Positions 11,050 to 20,651 of a DNA stretch of 20,651 nt are shown here, in pieces. Source of the DNA: Eledone cirrhosa. Taxonomy: Eukaryota. Position 1 is the stretch's first letter, and each line of letters opens with the position of its first letter. Both the position numbers and the translations under genes were made by a program. Below the pieces are notes generated by a model. It was given only the letters and a program-made list of their open reading frames with translations, made no database searches and was not told the origin of the DNA. The DNA lies in NCBI GenBank assembly GCA_964016885.1, contig CAXHJY010000258.1, forward strand, positions 1-20,651. The letters run 5' to 3'.

Positions 11050-11209
11050 TTGTTCCTCGTCACCACTGTTGGACAGTAAAATGGGGTTTGTCTCCAATGG
11101 AACAGAAACAATACTGACAGGACTGGAGGCCTTCTATCTGTCAGGTTCTCAGGAGACTTCGATTACATTTGAATGTCGATTGGTTATATGTTCGACACCT
11201 TGTGATGGG
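11050..11209 (+). CDS. ZP-domain protein, exon B ([53 protein letters not shown])
   Basis: ttgacag acceptor and gtgagt donor. 160 nt, phase 2 in and phase 0 out. The AFx...[12 protein letters not shown] pattern is typical of the ZP-C subdomain. Confidence 0.9.
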
Positions 11210-11298
11210 GTGAGTAACAACTTCTCTTCTTTCTGTGTGTGTGTGTATATATATATGTGTATATATATATGTGTATATATATATGTGTATATAAGTGT

Positions 11299-11346
<48 letters not shown>

Positions 11347-11432
11347 CAGGTGTTAATATTAGTATGTAGGTATGGATGGCAAGATAGAATATCTCCCCCT
11401 CGACTGGGTTTAATTCTGTTTTACTATTTCAG

Positions 11433-11556
11433 TACAACTGTCGTCCATCTCAGAGAGTGAAAAGACAAGTTAACAGGAGAGATCCCTATGAAAATGAAGC
11501 CAGGGTCTTTGGTTCATGGCCAGTTAAAGTTGTCGACCCTAAGCCCCCTATTCCAG
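11433..11556 (+). CDS. ZP-domain protein, exon C (YNCRPSQRVKRQVNRRDPYENEARVFGSWPVKVVDPKPPIP)
   Basis: tatttcag acceptor and CAG|gtttgt donor. 124 nt, phase 0 in and phase 1 out. Contains the last ZP Cys, furin consensus RVKR and an external-hydrophobic-patch-like GSWPVKVVD. Confidence 0.87.
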
Positions 11557-11566
11557 GTTTGTAGCT

Positions 11567-11770
11567 GCTTCTTCTTCTTCCTCCTCCTTCATCTTCTTCA
11601 CCCACTTATTGATGAGAGGGTCGTGTGGAGGGCAGAGTCCTACAGCACTCCTTCCAGAAGGTCCTGTCAGAAACAACAGTCTCCAAATGATCCGGCTGGA
11701 TCGCCAAGTGTGACCAGCCAACTTCATGGATGTTAACCAACCATCTTTCTCCGGGTGGGCCTACCCCTGG

Positions 11771-11775
<5 letters not shown>
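11567..11775 (-). mobile_element. 3' end of an RTE-clade LINE with (GAA)n-like tail
   Basis: Minus-strand translation RSRGRP.../RWLVNIHE...VVSDRTFWKECC...*, the RxRGRP..RW..DR..W terminus typical of RTE ORFs, followed by gaagaagatgaaggaggaggaagaagaag. Confidence 0.65.

Positions 11776-11841
<66 letters not shown>
11776..11841. repeat. (CTG)~22 trinucleotide repeat with one interruption, intronic
   Basis: Seen directly. Confidence 0.95.
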
Positions 11842-11843
<2 letters not shown>

Positions 11844-12007
11844 TGGTTTTTCCCCGTAAAATCTATCCAGCGATTCTTTCCTGAGACATTCTAACCACAT
11901 GTCCGTAATATCGGAGCTGTGGTCTCTCAAAATATCATCTGATGTATGTCGGCAATCATCGGTACATGGATTCAAGTACATTTACTTCGTGTTTGAAACA
12001 TTCAAAT

Positions 12008-12633
12008 TGGCAGTAATCGGTAGAGCATCTGACACTATGCTTTGTGGCATCTACTTACGTCCCTTTATGTTCTGAGTTCAAATCCAGCCGAGGTTACGTT
12101 TGTCTTTCACCTTCACGGGGTCGATAAAATAAAACACCAGTAATACACTGGTGTCGATTTAATCGACTTTCCCCTAACCCCCTCCCCCCCTCCCAATTGC
12201 AGGCCTTGTGCCTATAGTAGAAACTAGTATTATTAAAGGTGGTGGATTGGCAGTATCGGTAGAGTATCAGACACTATGCCTTACAGTACAGCATAGAGTA
12301 ACATCCCTTTACGCCAAGGTTAGCTTTGCCTTTATCTTCACGGGATCAATAAGATCGGACGCTAACCGGAAGTGTAGACATTTGAACATTTTAAAAGAAG
12401 TGAATCTTAAAATAAGCAATCATTATGGTGGATTGTGGATTGGCAGTTATCGGAATAGTGTCAGGCGCCATGCTTTGCAGCAAAGAGTTACGACCCTTTA
12501 TTGTCTGAGTTCAAATCCCGCCGAGGTTAACTTTGCTTTTCATCCTTACGGGGTCGATAAAATAAAGTACCAGTAATGCACTGGGTAATTTGCTGGCCTT
12601 GTGCCAAAAGTAGAAACAATTATATTATGATTA
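12008..12633 (+). mobile_element. Three head-to-tail tRNA-derived SINE copies (~12008-12234, partial ~12238-12350, ~12437-12633)
   Basis: A-box-like tggcagtaatcgg and B-box gagttcaaatcc. Central aggttaactttgcttttcatccttacggggtcgataaaataaagtaccag resembles the conserved Meta-type SINE domain. Shared ggccttgtgcc...agtagaaac and (att)n tail. Confidence 0.8.
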
Positions 12634-12662
12634 TTTCCTTATCTCAACGTATCTCCTTCCAG

Positions 12663-12811
12663 AAGAGGAGAAGAAGACACCAATATGTATCAATCCACTG
12701 CACTTCTACACGATAGTGTCATCACTGGCAGCCATCTTGTTGGTGTGTGTTATTATGGTGTATGGTTTAGTCAGTCCCAGGCAGAAGCAAAGAAGAGCTC
12801 CAGACATGTAA
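12663..12811 (+). CDS. ZP-domain protein, terminal exon D ((E)[48 protein letters not shown])
   Basis: ctccttccag acceptor, phase 1 in, matching exon C. ~23-aa hydrophobic TM segment, short basic cytoplasmic tail, TAA at 12809-12811. Confidence 0.87.
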
Positions 12812-12824
12812 AACCCAAACCAGA

Positions 12825-12830
12825 AATAAA
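12825..12830 (+). promoter_or_regulatory. Candidate polyadenylation signal of the ZP gene
   Basis: AATAAA 14 nt after the stop codon, followed by a GT-rich tract. Confidence 0.5.
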
Positions 12831-12842
12831 GACATTTCTCCA

Positions 12843-12848
12843 TGTATG

Positions 12849-12916
<68 letters not shown>

Positions 12917-12932
12917 CATGCATATACATATG

Positions 12933-13004
<72 letters not shown>

Positions 13005-13106
13005 CACACACACATACATATATAAACGAATACGTATATACATACATACATACATGTATACATACATATACAAGCACATACATATATAAACACAAACACA
13101 CACACA

Positions 13107-13185
<79 letters not shown>

Positions 13186-13418
13186 TACATACATATATTC
13201 ATACATACACATATACATATATATACATACATACACACACATATATATATACACATATATACACATACATATATATACACACACACATATATATGATTAT
13301 ATATACACATGCATATACATATACACATATACATATATATACACATACATATATACATATATATATACGCATACATATATATACACATACATATATACAC
13401 ATACATATATATATACAT
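12843..13418. repeat. Compound (TG)n/(TA)n/(TACA)n microsatellite
   Basis: Seen directly. Confidence 0.95.
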
Positions 13419-13640
13419 AACATTCTACCTTCATGTCTTCGTTCTTTCTGTCTTTTATATTTGTTTGTTGTTCTTGTTATTGTTGTAGGAGAACAAGGAT
13501 CGTCTGTTATTTTTCAACAGTTTTGTGGTGACGGCGGGGGTGGTAGTGTCTATGGCCCTCTTAGGGGTCCCTAAGACTGAAGAGGGAAAGGTGGGCAGCA
13601 GGGCTTGAGAAAGGTCTCTGCTAACTGGAGTCTTGTATCT

Positions 13641-13704
<64 letters not shown>

Positions 13705-13712
<8 letters not shown>

Positions 13713-13905
13713 TATAAATATTAATAAAATAGATGTTCTTTTGATCAATTACATTTTATTATACATATTTCGGATGTACAACAGTACGTCCTCATCAGGC
13801 AAAATATAATGGTACATGACATACCCTGAGATATTAAATGGTTAAGATTTAATCAAGGTAATTGATCAAAAGAACATCTATTTTATTAATACTTATATTT
13901 TAATA
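13705..13905. repeat. 48-bp inverted repeat (13705-13752 / 13858-13905) enclosing a hammerhead motif
   Basis: tattaaaatataaatattaataaaatagatgttcttttgatcaattac versus its reverse complement, one mismatch. Confidence 0.9.
13748..13810 (-). ncRNA. Minimal type I hammerhead ribozyme motif
   Basis: Minus strand: CTGATGA (13798-13792), stem II ggacgtac-tgtt-gtacatcc (one mismatch), GAAA-tatg-TA with predicted cut after position 13762. Distal stem I attatatttt/aaaatgtaat; proximal stem I is imperfect. Confidence 0.75.
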
Positions 13906-14016
13906 TTATTAATAACTCCTGAAAATTATTTTCCGTTGAGTGCTTCCAATCTACTGTAAAACTCATTCTTTGACATAATCATCGAATATTGTTTAACAAC
14001 TTAATACTTATATATA

Positions 14017-14079
<63 letters not shown>

Positions 14080-14514
14080 TAAGAGTCAATGGCCATCCAA
14101 AATCACCGGGAGAGATGACCCCTTAGCCTTTGTCAAGGCAGAATTCTAGGAGAAGGAAAACTGTGATATAACACCTGCAACCCTGATGGTATCCAATGAT
14201 GTTGACTTGTTCTTCTTTTTGGTAAATATCATCTTGGTTAAGAGAGTGGGACTGGCTTTGTGCAGTGCCTTTGCTCACTATAAAAGCTTCACGGCACAGG
14301 CATTGCTTTATATCTGGAGATCTCTCTGCACTTGTTGTCACGTGGTACCATGGGCCCAGCACTATGTGTCAATAATCGTCACAAGAGTAGTGTTTGTACC
14401 AGAGTTTTCAAGTCGCTGGCTGGACTAAAAAGTCACACTCGCTCAGCGCATCGGTAGGGGTTCTCCTACATGGATATAAAGTAGTGGCCGTACTCGAAAA
14501 CGGGTTGGCAGCCA

Positions 14515-14569
<55 letters not shown>

Positions 14570-14608
14570 ATATTAATAAATGGAAACTATATTTATAAAA
14601 CCATATTT

Positions 14609-14673
14609 ATTTTATTATACATATTTCAAGGGCAACCAAGGCAAATTATGGTGCGCTTTCATCAGATAAAATA
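14609..14673 (-). ncRNA. Minimal type I hammerhead ribozyme motif
   Basis: Minus strand: ttttat-CTGATGA (14665-14659), stem II aagcgcacca...tggttgccctt, GAAA-tatg-TA-taataaaa with predicted cut after 14618. Shares GAAATATGTATAATAAAA with the 13748 motif. Confidence 0.72.
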
Positions 14674-14817
14674 CAGATTTGTTTTATATATAAATATTGA
14701 CATACCCGGAAAAAAGACAACCTTAACGGTTGGAGCTTCCTGGATGGTGGAGATAGAACATTGAGTGCTTTATATCAGTTATAAAAATGTTTAAGCTTGT
14801 TGAATCCCAACAAATTA

Positions 14818-14822
<5 letters not shown>

Positions 14823-14891
<69 letters not shown>

Positions 14892-15183
14892 GTATATATA
14901 TATACCTATCTATATATACAGATATATATATATATATATATGTATATATATGTATATATATATACATATATATATATATATACATATCTATATATACATA
15001 TATATATACATATCTATATATACCTGTATATATATATATATACATATATATATACTTATATATACACAGATATATATAGATATATATGTGTGTATATATA
15101 TACAGATATATATACATATCTATATATACATATATATATACATATACATATATATACATATATATACATATATATACATATAT

Positions 15184-15252
<69 letters not shown>

Positions 15253-15266
15253 TATCTATATATACA
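14823..15266. repeat. (TA)n-based microsatellite directly upstream of the Penelope fragment
   Basis: Seen directly. Confidence 0.95.
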
Positions 15267-15283
15267 TTTTACATTTTACATTT

Positions 15284-15649
15284 ATAGTCTATAAATGTAA
15301 AATTAGCACTAAGAATTCCACTTATTCATATATAGGAGCTACGTCTAACCAATTTAAAGTAAGATTTAATACCCACAAACATAGTTTTATAAATGCCGCA
15401 TTAGCTAATACAACATCCTTGGCCGAAGCAATTAATAATTATAGAAAGAACATTGATTATAGCCTGACCTGGAGCGTGCTTAAAAGGGCCACCCCTTATC
15501 AAAATAGCAGATACGAGTGTAGGTTATGCTCCCAAGAACTTTTTGAAATCATGAAATCTAAGGATATCCTATTAAATAAGCGACAGGAATTAATTGTATC
15601 TTGCAATCATAGGATTAGAAGAACCTTCAAGTATTATAAATTTAATTAA
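15284..15649 (+). pseudogene. GIY-YIG endonuclease domain, C-terminus of a 5'-truncated Penelope-like element ORF
   Basis: IVYKCKI...SYIGAT...[12 protein letters not shown]...WSVL...CRLCSQE...[14 protein letters not shown]. The frame is intact to the stop, but there is no RT part and no real start. Confidence 0.88.
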
Positions 15650-16360
15650 TATATACCTTACTCTTATATTTTACAAATTATTATAATTGTTTTGTTTTTT
15701 TATTTAGTTAACCTATAATTAGTATTATACTACAGAGAATTTCATAATTTTATTTCCCTCTTCCAGCTCTCTTTTCCTAAAATTATTTAAAACCTCACTA
15801 CTTCATTTAATCGCAACCCCTATTTATCACATTTAATACCTATGATTATTAATTATAACTAATATCTTAAAGATCATCAATGTCCGTATAGATATAAAAA
15901 TGTTATCTATCTCAGTTTTTCCATATATATTTTTTTTATTGCTTTAATTTTGTACTTCTTTATTTATCACATTCATATGAATTAATATTATTTTATCCCT
16001 ATAAGTATACCTAACAATTAATTTAATTTCCTGTTATGTATCTAGATTCCTTGAAGTTTAAATAAGATTGGTATTTCTCATTAATACCTTTATCTCCCCA
16101 AAATTATGTTTTCCTTCGTTTTTAACAATATTCTTTAATAGCATCAAATTTTCGTGTACTATCTTCTTGACTTGACCTCATTTCCTCCTCCCCATTGTAT
16201 TCTTTTCATTCAAAGCATTAATCTCCTCCACTCCTAGATTTAATTTCTACTACTGTTATTCTAACAACTTGACCTCTAAATCATTTCTATTGGTCAATTC
16301 AAAACCTGTTCCCAAACAGACTCTTTATATCAATTCTTTGTTTTTTTCAATAAACACATC

Positions 16361-16499
16361 TCATCATTTCTGAGGACGGCATGTATATGTGAAGGTATGT
16401 ATATTTTCTCTGATAATTTGTAATATTTTTACATAGATCTTAAACATGATATACATACCAACACACATATACATCCCAGAAACGATCGTAAAATGATGA
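16361..16499 (+). ncRNA. Type I hammerhead ribozyme with ~100-nt stem II and palindromic minimal stem III
   Basis: Perfect 9-bp stem I tcatcattt/aaatgatga and CTGAGGA at 16370-76. Stem II includes atgtatatgtg/cacatatacat and ggtatgtatat/atatacatacc. GAAAC-GATC-GTA at 16479-16490, predicted cut after A16490. Confidence 0.85.
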
Positions 16500-16720
16500 A
16501 TTTTTTTATATAAGGAACTTGTTCTTTGTTTTTATTTCATTGTTTTTATTAATTTATCTCGACTCTATTTTCCTATGACATTTATCGTAAATTTTTGAAT
16601 GCATCTTCTCTTTTTATGATATCTTCTATATATTGGGATTACATTGAGTTCTTCATACAGATTGGACACTACCGTATATGTTGGTAGATTTATCTACATA
16701 CTATATATATATATATATAT

Positions 16721-17599
16721 TATTTATCAATCGATTCCGAAAGAACGAATGGCAGAGTTGACCTTATCGGGATTCGAACCCAGACCACCTAAAGCTGGAC
16801 TGAATACCGAAAATAATTCTATCAGTCTCCTTAACGGCTCCATTAATTCATCGCCTAAACCAGAACAAATTCTTTCCTTAAAAAATCAGTTTACATGTTT
16901 AAAATAACAAACAACAAACACATTTTCAAGGGAAATAACTCCGTTAAGTAGTAAACGTTTTAATTACCTCCCTTTGAGAACTACTTTTAAGGGAGGTAAT
17001 TAAAACGTTTACGACTTAACGGAGTTATTTCCCTTGAAAATTTACTTTTTTGTTTTGTTTTTAACCTTATTAAAGTTGCTTCCCTTGAAAATTTACTTTT
17101 TTGTTTTGTTTTTCACCTTATTAAAGTTGTTTCCCTTGAAAATTTACTTTTTTGTTTTGTTTTTCACCTTATTAAAGTTGTTTCCCTTGAAAATTTACTT
17201 TTTTGTTTTGTTTTTCACCTTATTAAAGTTGTTTCCCTTGAAAATTTACTTTTTTGTTTTGTTTTTCACCTTATTAAAGTTGTTTCCCTTAAAAATTTAC
17301 TTTTTTGTTTATTTTTTCACCTTATTAAAGTTGTTTCCCTTGAAAATTTACTTTTTTGTTATGTTTTTCACCTTATTAAAGTTGTTTCCCTTGAAAATGT
17401 TTTTGTTGTTTGTTATTTTAAACATGTAAACTGATTTTTTAAGGAAAGAATTTGTTCTGGTTTAGGCGATGAATTAATGGAGCCGTTAAGGAGACTGATA
17501 GAATTATTTTCGGTATTCAGTCCAGCTTTAGGTAGTCTGGGTTCGAATCCCGATAAGGTCAACTTTGTCATTTGTTCTTTCGGAATCGATTGATAAATA
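16721..17599. repeat. Large fold-back palindrome (~255-bp arms, centre ~16975-16988) with a SINE in each arm and a 51-bp array inserted in the right arm
   Basis: 16721-16974 is the reverse complement of 16989-17041 + 17399-17599, with about 6 mismatches. B-box ggttcgaatccc is present in both arms. Confidence 0.93.
17042..17398. repeat. Minisatellite, 7 x 51 bp
   Basis: Unit ttacttttttgttttgtttttcaccttattaaagttgtttcccttgaaaat, near-identical copies. Confidence 0.96.
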
Positions 17600-17608
17600 A
17601 AATACCAG

Positions 17609-17656
17609 ACTACCTCTCTCTCAATATATATGTGTATATATTGAGAGAGAGGTAGT
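17609..17656. repeat. Perfect 22-bp-arm hairpin
   Basis: actacctctctctcaatatata-tgtg-tatatattgagagagaggtagt. Confidence 0.93.
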
Positions 17657-17845
17657 GTACCCCCCGGCATTCGCGGTCCCGGTTATTCGCGGAATTATCC
17701 TTAGACCCTAACTAATAATTGTTCGTGGAAACCAACGCATATTCGTACAATCGTAAATATATTCCGCAACTTTTTTTATGGATTTTTTCATGATAATATA
17801 TATTTGTTTATTCACGCTTTTTAACGCTAAATTATTAATAACATA
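17653..17845 (+). mobile_element. Possible terminal fragment of a Tc1/mariner (Tigger/pogo-like) DNA transposon or MITE
   Basis: tagtgtacccccggcattcgcggt...tattcgcgg resembles Tigger-type TIR/subterminal motifs. No second TIR seen. Confidence 0.35.
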
Positions 17846-18664
17846 CTGGCTGCTTTTTGTTGTGACACCTACACGACGACTTTACAGTGTTGGCTGAGTG
17901 CTTTTTTGTCGTGACACCTAGACGACCACTTTACAGTGTTGTCTGGGTGCTTTTTGTCATGACACCTAGACGACCACTTTACAGTATTGGCTGGGTGCCT
18001 TTTGTCGTCACACCTACACGACGACTTTACAGTGTTGGCTGGGTGCTTTCTGTCGTGATACCTAGACGACCACTTTACAGTGTTGGCTGGGTGCTTTTTG
18101 TCGTGACAGCTACACGACGACTTTACAGTGTTGGCTGGGTGCTTTTTGTCGTGACACCTAGACGACCACTTTACTGTGTTGGCTGGGTGCTTTCTGTCAT
18201 GACACCTAGACGACCACTTTACAGTGTTGGCTGGGTGCTTTTTGTCGTGACACCTACACGACGACTTTACAGTGTTGGCTGGGTGCTTTTTGTCATGACA
18301 CCAACACGACCACTTTACAGTGTGGACTGGGTACTTTTTGTCATGACACCAACACGACCACTTTACAGTGTGGACTGGGTACTTTTTGTCATGACACCAA
18401 CACGACCACTTTACAGTGAGGACGGGGTACTTTTTGTCATGACACCAACACGAACACTTTACAGTGTGGACTGGGTACTTTTTGTCATGACACCAACACG
18501 ACCACTTTACAGTGTGGACTGGGTACGTTTTCTCATGACACCAACACGACCACTTTACAGTGTGGACTGGGTACTTTTTGTCATGACACCAACACGAACT
18601 CTTTACAGTGTGGGCTGGGTACTTTTTGTCATCACAGCAACACGACCACTTTACAGTGTGGGCT
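17846..18664. repeat. Minisatellite, ~17 x 48 bp, two sequence domains
   Basis: Unit ~gtgacacctagacgaccactttacagtgttggctgggtgctttttgtc, with no unique spacers. Confidence 0.96.
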
Positions 18665-18952
18665 AAGCAATTGTATCATGGCTCGACAATGATTCACTTT
18701 AAGGTGTTTGTTGAGGTGCAAATGAAAAGCATGAACACCAAAACATCAAGAAAGAAAGAAAGAAAGACAGTCACACATTACATATGTGGTTTTATTGTAT
18801 TTGTCTATAGAAAATATACAGTGGCTCAATACATATTTGTGCGTTTGGTGTATGTAAAAAAAACATGGCCAACCCTGATAGGTAATGTTTCCTTCATGAT
18901 CCAAAGAAAGAAAGAAATGGTGCTTGAAAGGCATGTACATGCTTAGCAGGTT

Positions 18953-18954
18953 TA

Positions 18955-19004
<50 letters not shown>

Positions 19005-19298
19005 TGTATGTGCATGCATATATATATATATGTATGTGTATGTATATATATATATATATGTGTGTGTATGTGTATGTATATATATATATGTGTGTATCTG
19101 TGTATATATATATGTATGTGTTTGTATATATATATATATGTATTTGTATGCATAAATATATATATGTATGTGTATGTATATATATATATATGTATGTGTT
19201 TGTATATATATATATATGTATGTGTTTGTATATATATATATATGTATGTGTGTGTATGTGTATATATATATATATATGTATGTGTTTGTATATATATG

Positions 19299-19341
<43 letters not shown>

Positions 19342-19392
19342 ATGTATATGTATATATATGTGTGTATGTATATGTATATATGTATGTGTATG

Positions 19393-19462
<70 letters not shown>

Positions 19463-19560
19463 CGTGTATGTATATACATATATATATATACATATATACA
19501 TACACATATGGCTTTTCGCTGCAGTCTTTTCTATACCTTTCATTTATATAAATATATATG

Positions 19561-19604
<44 letters not shown>
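18953..19604. repeat. Compound (TA)n/(TATG)n microsatellite
   Basis: Seen directly. Confidence 0.95.
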
Positions 19605-19605
<1 letters not shown>

Positions 19606-19678
19606 CGAAGATATGGTAAGGAACCAGATGGACCATAACGCACCAGAGTACTCAATACTTAGGGTTGTAGAGTGGGTA

Positions 19679-19796
19679 ATAGGAAAAAGTATGACCCCGA
19701 CGGCAGAGCTCAAGCCGTTTCGACGGCTATTTCAGAGTCCAGAAATAGCCGTCGAAACGGCTTGAGCTCCGCCGTCGGGGTCATACTTTTTCCTAT
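19679..19796. repeat. 55-bp-arm hairpin with 8-nt loop
   Basis: 19679-19733 versus 19742-19796, one mismatch, loop agagtcca. Confidence 0.95.
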
Positions 19797-20546
<750 letters not shown>

Positions 20547-20651
20547 TATATATACACACACATATAGTTATATATATATATAAATATATATATACACACA
20601 CATATAGTGAGTTAGTGCATGGATGACTGAGTAAGTTTCTGGCTGAGTGTG

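Larger units (their letters stand above)
15284..16640 (+). mobile_element. Penelope-like element 3' portion (GIY-YIG + AT-rich 3' region with hammerhead)
   Basis: GIY-YIG domain followed ~720 nt later by a same-strand hammerhead, the known PLE architecture. The 3' boundary is approximate. Confidence 0.75.

Noticed and set aside
11733-11981. 82-aa minus-strand ORF with poly-Ser
   Set aside because: Runs through the CTG repeat into an RTE fragment; no recognisable domain.
14080-14516. Unique-looking island between (TA)n tracts with short ORFs
   Set aside because: No recognisable motif or consistent splice sites; probably a decayed TE piece that I cannot assign.
16760-17560. ggttcgaatccc as tRNA genes
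   Set aside because: No cloverleaf. These are B-boxes of tRNA-derived SINEs followed by the SINE body, as at 12075 and 12508.
16644-17670. Twin near-identical ORFs on opposite strands (87 aa and 85 aa)
   Set aside because: A consequence of the inverted duplication of non-coding SINE sequence.
17042-18664. Arrays as CRISPR or as repeat-protein genes (131-aa and 259-aa ORFs)
   Set aside because: Head-to-tail units with no unique spacers, no cas genes, and a eukaryotic context. The frames are open only because unit lengths are multiples of 3.

Overview
Eukaryotic, very repeat-rich animal DNA: long (TA)n/(CA)n tracts and tRNA-type SINEs; the repeat style suggests a cephalopod such as Octopus, which is inference only. 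The + strand carries the last four coding exons of a zona pellucida (ZP)-domain membrane protein gene that the ORF track misses (5892-5964, 11050-11209, 11433-11556, 12663-12811). Splice phases are consistent, and the product has ZP-C cysteines, an RVKR furin site, a hydrophobic patch, a TM helix and a basic tail. Its upstream intron holds a near full-length antisense Tx1/L1-group non-LTR retrotransposon (~5-5714). ORF1 has a zinc knuckle, and ORF2 (APE+RT+zinc finger) is broken only by two compensating homopolymer frameshifts; the element appears to sit in an (AGAT)n microsatellite. Other retroelement relics are CR1/L2-like, CRE-like (RLE), RTE-like, a Penelope-like GIY-YIG 3' end, and several SINEs. 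The most interesting hidden signal is a set of 4-5 type I hammerhead ribozyme motifs. One has an unusually long stem II and lies in the Penelope 3' region; the others are in short cassettes embedded in (TA)n tracts. There are also several fold-back inverted duplications, one with a 51-bp array in a single arm, and a 48-bp minisatellite derived from a SINE segment. Most ORF-track entries are microsatellite or antisense shadows.
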